This document shows positions 37,765-47,132 of a stretch of 64,000 nt of DNA, piece by piece (the stretch's first letter is position 1; each line of letters begins with the position of its first letter). This DNA is from an uncultured Hymenobacter sp. (lineage in GTDB: Bacteria > Bacteroidota > Bacteroidia > Cytophagales > Hymenobacteraceae). Both the position numbers and the translations under genes were made by a program. A model generated the notes under the pieces. It was not told the DNA's origin and did no database searches. It saw only the letters and a program-made list of their open reading frames with translations. Location: the NCBI GenBank assembly GCA_964385095.1, contig CAYLNN010000014.1, positions 23,259 to 87,258 of the forward strand, in the 5' to 3' direction.

Positions 37765-37772
37765 CAAACTTA
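37765..37772 (-). promoter_or_regulatory. -7 promoter element of the selU-selD cluster
   Basis: TAAGTTTG 17 nt upstream of the selU ATG. Confidence 0.65.
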
Positions 37773-37882
37773 CGCGTTCCGGCGCTGGGCGGGTGCGCGC
37801 CGGGCGCCAGCTAGCCCGGTAACACCTGGGCTAGCCAGCGCTTTTTAGCGCAACTCCTTGCCCACCTTCCGCACGCGGGCAG

Positions 37883-37890
37883 TAAGTTTG
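37883..37890 (+). promoter_or_regulatory. -7 promoter element of nuoMN
   Basis: TAAGTTTG about 58 nt upstream of the nuoM ATG. Confidence 0.65.
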
Positions 37891-37948
37891 CAGCTAATTC
37901 GCGGTAAACTCACCGGGCTTCCGGCCGGTTTGCCGTGCGCTTTCGCTA

Positions 37949-39427
37949 ATGCTGACAGCTTTTCTCGTCTTTTTCCCGCTGGCCGCCGCCCTGCTCCTTC
38001 ACTTTGCCAAAGGCGCCGCGGCCCGTGCCCTGGCCCTGGGGGCATCCTTTCTCGAATTGGCCGTGGCCGTGTTTGCGGCCATCACTTACGCCCGCAACGG
38101 GCCAAGCGGCTTCGACCTCAACCTAAACTGGATACCGTCGGCGGGCATCAATTTTCACCTCGGCATTGACGGCCTGAGCTTGTGCCTAGTGCTGCTCACG
38201 GCCACGCTGATGCCCATCATTCTGGCCACGGCCTTCCGCCACGAGGAGTACGAGAACCCCGGCGCTTTCTACGCGCTGGTGCTGTTCATGCAAACCGGCC
38301 TGCTAGGGGTTTTCACCTCGCTCGACGCGTTTGTGTTCTACTTCTTCTGGGAAGTGGCCCTGATTCCGATTTATTTCCTGGCCGGCGCCTGGAGCCGCGC
38401 CGAGCGCCGCATCCAGATTACGTTTAAGTTCTTCCTGTATACCATCATCGGCTCGCTGTTTATGCTGGCCGGCTTCGTGTATCTGTACCTGCAAACCGGC
38501 CCGGGCGCCGGCGCGCTGGCCGCCCACTCGTCTGACATTCAAGCCTTTTACACGGCCGGCAAGCAGCTAGGAGCTTCGGAGCAAGCGTGGGTATTCTGGC
38601 TCATCTTCGCCGCCTTCGCGGTGAAAATGCCGATTTTCCCTTTCCACACCTGGCAGCCCGATACCTACACCGAGTCGCCGGCCCCGGCTACCATGCTGCT
38701 CTCGGGCATCATGCTGAAAATGGGCATCTACGGCTGTCTGCGCTGGCTTTTGCCGGTAGTACCACTAGGGGTTAGCCAGTGGCAGCAGCTCGTGATGGTG
38801 CTCGCCATTATCGGCATCATTTACGGCGCCATTATCGCCATTCGGCAGCGCGATATGAAGCGGCTCATCGCCTATTCGTCGCTTTCGCACGTGGGTTTGA
38901 TGATTGCCGGCGTGTTCTCGCTCAAGGCCATCGGCCTGCAAGGCGCGGTGGTGCAGATGCTGGCCCACGGTGTGAACGTGGTGGGCATGTTCCTGGTGGC
39001 CGACGCCATCGAGCGCCGCACCGGCACCCGCGATTTGGCCGACCTCGGTGGCCTCACCCGCCGCACGCCACTCTTGAGCGTGTGCTTTCTGGTGATGCTG
39101 CTGAGTACGGTGGCCCTGCCCCTCACGGGTGGCTTTGTGGGCGAGTTTTTGCTGCTGGCGGGCGTATACGAGTTCAACATGTGGGCCGGCGCCGTGGCGG
39201 GCCTCACCATTATTTTCTCGGCCGTGTACCTGCTGCGCATGTACCAGCGCGCCATGCTCGGGCCCGATTCGGCTTATTCTGACACCATTACTGACCTCAC
39301 CGGCTCGGAGCTGTTTATGTTCGTGCCGCTCATCGCGCTGGTGTTCTGGCTAGGGCTATTTCCGGGCACGTTCCTGCACTTGTCGGAGCCGGCCATCAGT
39401 CAGATTCTGACCGTCGTCGGCCGCTAG
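37949..39427 (+). CDS. nuoM: NADH-quinone oxidoreductase subunit M
   Basis: GIDGLS, FYFFWEV.LIP.Y, AFAVKMP.FPFHTW, LKMG.YG, AYSSLSHVG. Confidence 0.95.
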   Translation: MLTAFLVFFPLAAALLLHFAKGAAARALALGASFLELAVAVFAAITYARNGPSGFDLNLNWIPSAGINFHLGIDGLSLCLVLLTATLMPIILATAFRHEEYENPGAFYALVLFMQTGLLGVFTSLDAFVFYFFWEVALIPIYFLAGAWSRAERRIQITFKFFLYTIIGSLFMLAGFVYLYLQTGPGAGALAAHSSDIQAFYTAGKQLGASEQAWVFWLIFAAFAVKMPIFPFHTWQPDTYTESPAPATMLLSGIMLKMGIYGCLRWLLPVVPLGVSQWQQLVMVLAIIGIIYGAIIAIRQRDMKRLIAYSSLSHVGLMIAGVFSLKAIGLQGAVVQMLAHGVNVVGMFLVADAIERRTGTRDLADLGGLTRRTPLLSVCFLVMLLSTVALPLTGGFVGEFLLLAGVYEFNMWAGAVAGLTIIFSAVYLLRMYQRAMLGPDSAYSDTITDLTGSELFMFVPLIALVFWLGLFPGTFLHLSEPAISQILTVVGR

Positions 39428-39431
39428 CCCA

Positions 39432-39560
39432 GCGGTTAGCTGGTAGCTGCTAGCTGTTAGCTTTCCTGCTTTTGAGAATCCGGCAAAACTGCCTTTTTGC
39501 CCTTGTAATATCTTGCTGATAATAGCATAAGCTAACGGCTAGCAGCTAATAGCTAACAGC
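39432..39560. repeat. Inverted arms of GCTGTTA-type heptamers between nuoM and nuoN
   Basis: GCGGTTAGCTGGTAGCTGCTAGCTGTTAGCTT versus reverse complement GCTGTTAGCTATTAGCTGCTAGCCGTTAGCTT (28/32 identical). Confidence 0.9.
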
Positions 39561-39570
39561 TTATAATACT

Positions 39571-40992
39571 ATGCTCCCCATCGTTCTCCTCTCCGTCTTC
39601 GGCATCGTCAACCTGTTCTTAGGCTTTTTGCGCTCCAATAGGGTGCTGATGCCCTTCGCGTTGGCTGTGCTGGCCCTTGTGTTTGGCTTGAACCTGCTTG
39701 ACTGGAATCACGATGGTGTGACGGGCATGTTTGATGTGCCCTACGTGGCCCAGATGCTGACCGTGAACAACTACTCGGTGGCCTTCAGCGGTATTGTGCT
39801 GCTCACGGCGCTGGTGCTGCTGCCCTTTTCGCGCTCCTACGTGGCGGCCGGCGAGCCCAACCTGGCCGAGTACTACTCGCTGCTGCTGTTCTCGTTGGTG
39901 GGCGCCATCATGATGGTGAGCTACAACCACCTCATTATGCTCTTCGTGGGCATTGAGATTCTGAGCATCAGCATGTACTGCCTGGCTGGCTCCGACAAGC
40001 GCAACGTGCGCTCAAACGAAGCCGCGCTTAAGTACTTCCTGCAGGGTGCCTTTGCCACCGGCATTCTGCTCTTCGGCATCGCCTTGGTTTACGGCGCCAC
40101 CGGCTCGTTTCAGCTCGATGGCCTGGCTGCCGGCATCGCCGCCCCGGCCAACGCTAGCCTCCAGCCCATGCTCTACGTGGGCGTGCTGATGATGGTAATC
40201 GGCATCGGCTTCAAGGTGTCGGCCGCACCCTTTCACTTCTGGACGCCCGACGTGTACGAGGGTACGCCGACCTTCTTCACCGCCTTCATGAGCACGGTGG
40301 TGAAAACCGCCGGCTTCGCCGCTTTCCTGAAGCTGCTGGTGGTGGCCCTGCCCGGCACCAGCGCCGTGTGGCTGCCCACCATCGTGGCCATGTGCGTGCT
40401 CACGCTGCTGCTCGGCAACGTGGGCGCTGCGGTGCAAACCAGCGCCAAGCGGATGCTGGCCTACTCCAGCGTGAGCCATGCCGGCTACCTGCTACTGGGC
40501 CTCGTGGCTGGCCACGGCCAGCTGAGCGGCCCCGCCGCGCAGGGTATTTTCTTCTACAGCCTTGCCTACTCTATTGCCACGGTAGCGGCCTTTGGCGTGC
40601 TCAAACTGGTAGCCGACCAGCGCCAGCGCGAAGACTATGCCGGCCTCGCTGGCCTAGCCCGCACCAACCCGCTGCTGGCCTTCGTGATGACGGTGGCCAT
40701 GCTCTCGCTGGGTGGTATCCCGCTCACGGGTGGCTTCTTCGGCAAGTTCTTCATCTTCACGGCGGTGGCTAGTCAGGGCTACATTTGGCTGGTGGTGTTC
40801 GCGGTGCTGATGAGCATGGTGGGTATTTACTACTACCTGCGGCCCGTTATTGCCATGTACATGCGCCCCGCTGAGCCGGGCAGCAACACCCCGATTGTGG
40901 TCGATGGCTTCCAGGCGGCCACGCTGGTGCTGCTAGTGGTGCTCACGTTAGTGCTGGGTATTCTGCCCGGTTTCCTGAGCGGACTGCTCTAA
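39571..40992 (+). CDS. nuoN: NADH-quinone oxidoreductase subunit N
   Basis: SNEAALKYF, FKVSAAPFHFWTPDVYEG, KRMLAYSS, GFFGKF, YYYLR. Confidence 0.95.
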   Translation: MLPIVLLSVFGIVNLFLGFLRSNRVLMPFALAVLALVFGLNLLDWNHDGVTGMFDVPYVAQMLTVNNYSVAFSGIVLLTALVLLPFSRSYVAAGEPNLAEYYSLLLFSLVGAIMMVSYNHLIMLFVGIEILSISMYCLAGSDKRNVRSNEAALKYFLQGAFATGILLFGIALVYGATGSFQLDGLAAGIAAPANASLQPMLYVGVLMMVIGIGFKVSAAPFHFWTPDVYEGTPTFFTAFMSTVVKTAGFAAFLKLLVVALPGTSAVWLPTIVAMCVLTLLLGNVGAAVQTSAKRMLAYSSVSHAGYLLLGLVAGHGQLSGPAAQGIFFYSLAYSIATVAAFGVLKLVADQRQREDYAGLAGLARTNPLLAFVMTVAMLSLGGIPLTGGFFGKFFIFTAVASQGYIWLVVFAVLMSMVGIYYYLRPVIAMYMRPAEPGSNTPIVVDGFQAATLVLLVVLTLVLGILPGFLSGLL

Positions 40993-41013
40993 GCGCTTTG
41001 TCTTTGATTACAT

Positions 41014-41045
41014 AAAAAAAGCCACCTTAACGGGTGGCTTTTTTT
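41014..41045. terminator. Bidirectional intrinsic terminator
   Basis: A7-GCCACC-loop-GGTGGC-T7. Confidence 0.85.
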
Positions 41046-41063
41046 ATGCGTGTAGGTTAGCGA

Positions 41064-42434
41064 CTACGATTGCTGCACCGCCGAAGGCGTCGGATTATAT
41101 TCCAATGTCGCGGCGGCGTGCTCGGCGGCTTTCTTACCGGTCGAGTCTTTCACGTCGCGCCGGTTGAAGGGCCGGATAATCAGCCGCAGGGCCTGCCCCG
41201 AGCTGAAATAGCTGAACGCCCAGGTTACCAGCGCCACAATGCGGTTGCGGAAGCCCACCAGCAAAATCAGGTGGATAAACAGCCACGCCAGCCACCCCAG
41301 AAAGCCCTTGAAGTGCCAGCCGTTGGGCATATCCACCACGGCGCGGTTACGACTCACGATGGCCATTACGCCCTTGTCGAAGTACTTGAACGGCTCGGGC
41401 TGCTCGCCCTTTAAGAGGCGCTGAATGTTCTTGGCCAGTAAATCGGCCTGCTGCTGGGCCACGGGGGCTAGCATGGGCAGGCCCTTGGGCGACTCCTCAG
41501 TTGCCAGATTGGCCACGTCGCCGATGGCGAAAATGTTCGGCTGGCCCTCCACCTGGTTCCACGGGTTCACGGTGAGGCGCTTGTTGCGGGTCACGGCTGC
41601 CTCGGGCATGCCGGGCAAGGCCGTGCCGTTGACCCCAGCGGCCCAAATCATGTTTTCGGTCGGAATGTATTCGGTATCCGAGTAATATGCCCGGCCGTTT
41701 TCGAGGCCTTTTATCGACGTATTCGTCAGCACTTTCACTCCTAGCTCGGTCAGGTAATTTGCCGCATCATCCTGCGAGGCCTTCGACATGGGGCCTAGCA
41801 GTGCCGGGCCGGCCTCAACCAAGTAAATCTGCATCTTGCCTAGGTCCAGCTCAGGGTAGTCGCCGGGCAGCACGCGCTTGCGCATCTCGGCCAGCGAGCC
41901 GCTGATTTCGACGCCCGTGGGGCCACCGCCCACCACCACAATATTGAGGAGTGCCTGCCGCTTCTCGGGGTCGTTTTCGAGCAGCGCCTGCTCGAAATTC
42001 TGGAAGATGAAGCTGCGCAAATTCAGCGCATTCGGGATGCTCTTTATTTGCATCGCGTTTTTCTCGATGCTCTCGATGCCAAAAAAATTGGTGAGCGAGC
42101 CCGTGGCCAGCACCAGGTAGTCGTAGCTGATATCGCCGAGGTTGGTTTCGATAACTTTATCGGCCGGGCGCACGCCGCGCACATCGGCCAGGCGGAAAAA
42201 GAAGTTTGGCTGGCCCGCAAAAATCTTGCGTAGCGGGTAGGCGATGCTATCGGCCTCCAGCGCACCAGTGGCCACCTGGTAGAGCAGGGGCTGAAAATTG
42301 TGGTAGTTGTTGCGGTCTACCATCACCACTTGCACGGGGGCATCGGCCAGCTCCTGGGCTAGCCGCAGGCCGCCAAAGCCGCCGCCCACTATTACCACGC
42401 GCGGCTGCGCGGACACCGGAAGGTTTGTATCCAT
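41064..42434 (-). CDS. ndh: Type II NADH dehydrogenase
   Basis: GGGFGG, FQPLLYQVAT, VGGGPTGVE, WAAGV, AIGD, A.QQ, C-terminal membrane anchor. Confidence 0.93.
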   Translation of the reverse strand: MDTNLPVSAQPRVVIVGGGFGGLRLAQELADAPVQVVMVDRNNYHNFQPLLYQVATGALEADSIAYPLRKIFAGQPNFFFRLADVRGVRPADKVIETNLGDISYDYLVLATGSLTNFFGIESIEKNAMQIKSIPNALNLRSFIFQNFEQALLENDPEKRQALLNIVVVGGGPTGVEISGSLAEMRKRVLPGDYPELDLGKMQIYLVEAGPALLGPMSKASQDDAANYLTELGVKVLTNTSIKGLENGRAYYSDTEYIPTENMIWAAGVNGTALPGMPEAAVTRNKRLTVNPWNQVEGQPNIFAIGDVANLATEESPKGLPMLAPVAQQQADLLAKNIQRLLKGEQPEPFKYFDKGVMAIVSRNRAVVDMPNGWHFKGFLGWLAWLFIHLILLVGFRNRIVALVTWAFSYFSSGQALRLIIRPFNRRDVKDSTGKKAAEHAAATLEYNPTPSAVQQS

Positions 42435-42520
42435 AAAAAAAGCAAAAGGTGGCAATTGACTGCCACCTTCACTTTACCCTAAAAACCGGCCCGGGGTTGT
42501 AGCACCAAGCTGGCTAGCCC

Positions 42521-43210
42521 CTAGTAATCAACGCCTTCTTTTTTCTTAAACTCGCCGCTCTTCACCTGCTTTATCAGTTGCAGCCAGCTGAATGGGTTCA
42601 GCAGCGGGTTATTGCTTTGCGGGTTGGGGGCAGTGCCCATGCGCCGGTCAAAGTCCAGCTGCTGCATCGACATTGTCTGTTTGAAGTTGGCCGTGGGGCC
42701 CATGGGCTGCGAGTTGAAAATCTTGCGCATCAGGTCCTCGTTGAGGTTGTCGGCCGCGGCCGAGCCACGCTCGCTGGGCAGACGCAGGGCCAGAAAAGCC
42801 TTCTTAAACTCCTTTTCGGTGGCGTAGGGAAACACGCGCACTTCGGGCAGGATGGCGGGGTCTTCGAGCAGCGAGATGATAACCGAAAAGCTCTGGCGCT
42901 GATAATTGGCCGGGATAACGATGGTTTGGTTGCGGTAGCCCAGCGAGCGAAACACGATGCTGTCGCCGGCCAGCACGGGCATCGAGAAGTAGCCGTAGGC
43001 GTTGGTAGTGGTGCCGCGGCCGGCCTTGGGCACGTACACCGAGGCGCCGGGCACGCCCAGCAGGCTGTCGCCGCTCGCCACAATGCCCGTGAACTGCACT
43101 ACTTGGCGCTTGCCCTGGGCCCAGGTTTTGGGGCTAGCCAGCAGGCCGGTTAGCACACCCAGGCTCAGCAGCAGAAGAAAACGGCGAATATTCACGAACG
43201 AATTGGGCAA
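42521..43210 (-). CDS. Carboxypeptidase-like regulatory domain protein
   Basis: Signal peptide; GTTTNAYGYFS..GDSIVFRSLGY..LPEVRV; start uncertain (TTG). Confidence 0.8.
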   Translation of the reverse strand: MPNSFVNIRRFLLLLSLGVLTGLLASPKTWAQGKRQVVQFTGIVASGDSLLGVPGASVYVPKAGRGTTTNAYGYFSMPVLAGDSIVFRSLGYRNQTIVIPANYQRQSFSVIISLLEDPAILPEVRVFPYATEKEFKKAFLALRLPSERGSAAADNLNEDLMRKIFNSQPMGPTANFKQTMSMQQLDFDRRMGTAPNPQSNNPLLNPFSWLQLIKQVKSGEFKKKEGVDY

Positions 43211-43223
43211 AAGGGTACTGTAG

Positions 43224-43263
43224 CAAATATACGAACCTGCCCGCCGCGCCGGCCGTACTTTTG
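43224..43263. promoter_or_regulatory. Divergent -7 promoter elements
   Basis: TATATTTG on minus (43224-43231) and TACTTTTG on plus (43256-43263). Confidence 0.6.
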
Positions 43264-43302
43264 GGGCTAGCCGGAGCCGGCTCAGCTATTTCCAAACGGT
43301 AG

Positions 43303-43692
43303 ATGCGCGTAAAACATTTCCCGGTTGCATTCGGGCAGCAGCTTTTTAAGGCCCTCGGCGACGAGAGCCGCGTGCGCATCCTGCATTTGCTGTGGCGCAA
43401 CCACGAGCTGGTGGTCGGTGACCTGGAGCAAGTGCTTGACTTCACGCAAACCAAAACTTCGCGCCAGCTAGCCTACCTCAAAAACGCCGGCCTAGTGGGT
43501 GTGCGCCGCCTCGACAACTGGATGTTCTACTTCCTGCGCGATGAAACGGCCGAGCTGCTTCAGCAGCTGCTGGGCCTGATGGAGCGCGACCCCCAGCTGG
43601 TGCGCGACCAGCAGGTGTACCAGACCCTGTGGAACAACCGCGAGCTGGCGGCCTACAAAATTCAGAACCGCCGCTGGCAGCCCACTGCGTAA
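43303..43692 (+). CDS. ArsR/SmtB family transcriptional regulator
   Basis: FKALGDESRVRIL..SRQLAYLKNAGLV winged HTH. Confidence 0.9.
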   Translation: MRVKHFPVAFGQQLFKALGDESRVRILHLLWRNHELVVGDLEQVLDFTQTKTSRQLAYLKNAGLVGVRRLDNWMFYFLRDETAELLQQLLGLMERDPQLVRDQQVYQTLWNNRELAAYKIQNRRWQPTA

Positions 43693-43789
43693 GGGCTGGG
43701 CTGGTGGCATGGCGTTTTCACCTGGCTATTCCGCGCCAAATGCGTAAGACGTTTTTAACGCCCGCTTCTAACTCATAACCCAACCAATA

Positions 43790-44083
43790 ATGTCCGACCG
43801 CCGCATATTCGTTTGCACCAATCAGAAATCTGGCGTGGGCGATGACCTTGCCAAAGCCCTCAAGAAAGAGCTGAAAGCCCAGGACCTCAAATCGGTGGTG
43901 CTGAACGGCGAGAAAGTGCGCACCCAGGTGCAAACCTGCAACTGCCTCGACCGGTGCAAGCAGTGCAAAAAAGGCCCCGGCGCCGCCGTAGTGCTCTACC
44001 CCGACGATGTGTACTTCAACAATGTGCAGCCCAAAGATGCCCCGCACCTGGTGCAGGAGCTAGCCGCCCGCCTGGGGCTCTAA
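43790..44083 (+). CDS. Thioredoxin-like [2Fe-2S] ferredoxin domain protein
   Basis: IFVCTN...CNCLDRCKQC..GP..VLYPDDVYF..V. Confidence 0.8.
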   Translation: MSDRRIFVCTNQKSGVGDDLAKALKKELKAQDLKSVVLNGEKVRTQVQTCNCLDRCKQCKKGPGAAVVLYPDDVYFNNVQPKDAPHLVQELAARLGL

Positions 44084-44106
44084 GCGCCCCCCTACCCTAG
44101 CCCCGT

Positions 44107-44805
44107 ATGAAAACTTACCGCCACCTGTTTTTCGACCTCGACCATACCCTGTGGGACTTCGAAACCAATGCCCACGAAACGCTGGAGCAGCTTTTTACCG
44201 ACTACGACCTGACGCGCCACGGCTTATTCTCGTTCGCCCAGTTCAGCCAGCGGTATAGCGAAGTCAACCACGCGCTCTGGCGTCTCTACCAGAGCAACAA
44301 GGTGACGCAGAAGCAATTGCGCGAGGTGCGCTTCGTGCGTACCCTCACCCGGCTAGGGGTGGCCGAGGCCGATGTGCCCGCCGACATTTCGGCGCGCTTT
44401 ACCGATATTCTGCCCCAGAAAGCGGCCGTGTTTCCACACACCCACGAGGTGCTGGGGTACCTGCAAGCCAAGGGCTATCGCCTACACCTGATTACCAATG
44501 GCTTTGAGGATGTGCAGCTTATCAAGCTGGCTTCGTCCAAGCTCACCGACTTCTTCGAGACAGTCATCACCTCCGAGCACAGCGGCTACCTCAAGCCCGA
44601 CCCGCGCATGTTTGCCCACGCCCTGGCCCGCACCGGCGCCCTGGCCGCCGAAAGCCTGATGGTGGGCGACAACCTGGAGTGCGATGTGCTAGGGGCCTAC
44701 AACGCGGGCATCGACCAGGTGTACTTCAACCCCGGCCGCCGCCGGCACTTTGCCCAAACCACCTACGAAATTGCCAGCCTCGACGAGCTGCGCGGGTTTC
44801 TCTAA
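44107..44805 (+). CDS. yjjG: YjjG-family HAD noncanonical pyrimidine nucleotidase
   Basis: FDLDHTLWDF, ITNGF, KPDP, MVGDNLECD. Confidence 0.9.
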   Translation: MKTYRHLFFDLDHTLWDFETNAHETLEQLFTDYDLTRHGLFSFAQFSQRYSEVNHALWRLYQSNKVTQKQLREVRFVRTLTRLGVAEADVPADISARFTDILPQKAAVFPHTHEVLGYLQAKGYRLHLITNGFEDVQLIKLASSKLTDFFETVITSEHSGYLKPDPRMFAHALARTGALAAESLMVGDNLECDVLGAYNAGIDQVYFNPGRRRHFAQTTYEIASLDELRGFL

Positions 44806-44812
44806 GCCAAAA

Positions 44813-45229
44813 ATGGCAAACATTCTTATTCGAACACTGCTATTTATCATCGGGATGCTGCTAGTTGTGGGCAGTTTATTCGATGTTTTTCGGGCTTATG
44901 CTGCAAGCAAAGGCCTGCTGGCTACCGGAATTATTTTGTCAAAAACAGACGAGGTTCCCAATAAGGCAATTGTCCGCATCCATAAGTTCCAGCTTGCTTT
45001 TCGAACCCGCAACAACCAGCCTATAACGGCTAACATTGAAGTAGATGGTGATAGCTATGATTTGCTAAACCCACGTGATAGCGTGCAGCTCCGCTATGCC
45101 GCGCGCAACCCCACGAACGTAATTTTGGCATCGGGCGGTTGGTTTCCCTGGCGGCTGTTGGGCATTGCCCCCCTTGGCATCATACTACTTATTACTGCTA
45201 TTACTTCGGGCACTAAACGCCCGACTTGA
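44813..45229 (+). CDS. DUF3592-like membrane protein, visibly lower GC
   Basis: TM - beta domain (V.LRY...NP) - TM architecture. Confidence 0.7.
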   Translation: MANILIRTLLFIIGMLLVVGSLFDVFRAYAASKGLLATGIILSKTDEVPNKAIVRIHKFQLAFRTRNNQPITANIEVDGDSYDLLNPRDSVQLRYAARNPTNVILASGGWFPWRLLGIAPLGIILLITAITSGTKRPT

Positions 45230-45278
45230 GTGCGCTACTTATTTCTCCTTTATTTTTTAACACCCCTCTTCCCTACCT

Positions 45279-46946
45279 ATGTCCAACGCCTTTTTTCGCG
45301 TCCCCACCCCCATCAACGAGCCCGTGAAGGGCTACGCGCCCGGCTCGCCCGAGCGCCTCGAACTAGTTAAAGAACTGAAACGCATCAAGCAGGTCGAGCG
45401 CGACATTCCGATGCACATCGGTGGCCAGGAAGTGCGCACCGGCCGCAAGCTGCCCCTTGCCCCGCCCCACGACCACCAGCACGTGCTGGGTTACTTCCAC
45501 GAGGGCGATGCCGGCCACGTAAACCAGGCCATCGACGCGGCCCTGGCCGCCCGCACCGCCTGGGCAGGCCTGCCTTGGGAAGAGCGCGCCGCCATTTTCC
45601 TCAAAGCCGCCGAGCTGCTGGCCGGCCCCTACCGCGCCCGCCTCAACGCGGCCACCATGCTGGGCCAGAGCAAAAACGCTTTCCAGGCCGAGATTGACGC
45701 CGCCTGCGAACTCATCGACTTCCTGCGCTTCAACGTGCACTTTGCCCAGGAAATCTACCGCCAGCAGCCCGAGTCGGCCCCCGGCATGTGGAACCGCCTG
45801 GAGCACCGCCCCCTCGAAGGCTTCGTGTTCGCCCTCACGCCGTTCAACTTCACGTCCATCGCCGCCAACCTGCCCGTGTCGGCCGCCCTCATGGGCAACG
45901 TGACGGTGTGGAAGCCCGCCTACCCGCAAATCTATTCGGCCCAGGTGCTGATGGAATTGTTCATCGAAGCCGGCGTGCCGGCCGGCGTCATCAACCTCAT
46001 TTACGTGGATGGCCCGGTGGCCGGCGACGTGATTTTCAAGCACCGCGACTTCGCGGGCATTCACTTCACGGGCTCGACCAAGGTGTTTCAGACCATCTGG
46101 GGCGAGATTGGGCAGAATATCCATCGCTACAAGTCATACCCGCGCATTGTGGGCGAAACCGGCGGCAAGGACTTCATCCTGGCCCACCCCTCGGCCCACG
46201 CCAAGGCGGTGGCCACCGGTATCTCGCGCGGCGCGTTCGAGTATCAGGGTCAGAAGTGCTCGGCCGCCTCGCGCGTGTACCTGCCTTCCAACCTGGCCGA
46301 CGAGATTCTAGGCTACGTGAAGCAGGACGTGGAGTCGATGAAAATGGGTGATGTCGAAGACTTTACCAACTTCATCAACGCCGTGATTACCGAAGCCAGC
46401 TTCGACAAGCTCGCCAAGTACATCGACGAAGCCAAGGCTAGCCCCGACGCCGAAATCGTAGTGGGCGGCCACCACGATAAGTCGAAAGGCTACTTTGTGC
46501 AGCCCACCGTTATCCGGGCCAAAGACCCCAAGTACACCACCATGTGCGAGGAGCTGTTCGGCCCCGTCGTGACGGTGTATGTGTACGACGCCAACGAGTT
46601 TGAGCAGACCCTGGAGTTGGTGGACTCGACCTCGCCCTACGCCCTCACGGGCGCCATCTTCTCGCAGGACCGCTACGCCATCGACCTGGCCACCAAGAAG
46701 CTGGTAAATGCGGCCGGCAACTTCTACATCAACGACAAGCCCACCGGCGCCGTGGTAGGCCAGCAGCCCTTCGGCGGCGCCCGCGCCTCGGGCACCAACG
46801 ACAAGGCTGGCTCGCTGCTCAACTTGCAGCGCTGGGTGTCGCCCCGCGCCATCAAGGAAACATTTAACCCGCCCGTGGAGTACCCGTATCCTTTTATGGG
46901 CGCCGAACCCAAGGAGGATTTGAACCTCGATAAAGGTGGTTTTTAA
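45279..46946 (+). CDS. pruA: L-glutamate gamma-semialdehyde (P5C) dehydrogenase
   Basis: NEPV..YAPGS, AEIDAACE, PFNF, FTGST, ETGGK, YQGQKCSA, GGARASGTNDK. Confidence 0.96.
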   Translation: MSNAFFRVPTPINEPVKGYAPGSPERLELVKELKRIKQVERDIPMHIGGQEVRTGRKLPLAPPHDHQHVLGYFHEGDAGHVNQAIDAALAARTAWAGLPWEERAAIFLKAAELLAGPYRARLNAATMLGQSKNAFQAEIDAACELIDFLRFNVHFAQEIYRQQPESAPGMWNRLEHRPLEGFVFALTPFNFTSIAANLPVSAALMGNVTVWKPAYPQIYSAQVLMELFIEAGVPAGVINLIYVDGPVAGDVIFKHRDFAGIHFTGSTKVFQTIWGEIGQNIHRYKSYPRIVGETGGKDFILAHPSAHAKAVATGISRGAFEYQGQKCSAASRVYLPSNLADEILGYVKQDVESMKMGDVEDFTNFINAVITEASFDKLAKYIDEAKASPDAEIVVGGHHDKSKGYFVQPTVIRAKDPKYTTMCEELFGPVVTVYVYDANEFEQTLELVDSTSPYALTGAIFSQDRYAIDLATKKLVNAAGNFYINDKPTGAVVGQQPFGGARASGTNDKAGSLLNLQRWVSPRAIKETFNPPVEYPYPFMGAEPKEDLNLDKGGF

Positions 46947-46973
46947 CGCCTACGCTACCTCGCAAAGTGGCTA

Positions 46974-47023
46974 GCCAAAAGCAACGGGCGGCTCCCTCCA
47001 CGGGGCCGCCCGTTGCTTTTGGC
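46974..47023 (+). terminator. Intrinsic terminator
   Basis: GCCAAAAGCAACGGGCGGC..GCCGCCCGTTGCTTTTGGC. Confidence 0.8.
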
Positions 47024-47132
47024 AGCCTGTCCGTTTTACACCAAGGTGGAGGGGGCTCCGCGTGCCGCCCCGCCCCGCGCCGCCCATCGCCGAACTTACG
47101 TTTCGATTTAGCTACCTGCGCCCTGCTACCCT

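Noticed and set aside
39432..39560. Short repeats as a CRISPR array
   Set aside because: Units are 7-9 nt, tandem and inverted, with no unique spacers and no cas genes.
47024..47132. SAM or other riboswitch upstream of cysJ
   Set aside because: No recognisable aptamer consensus.
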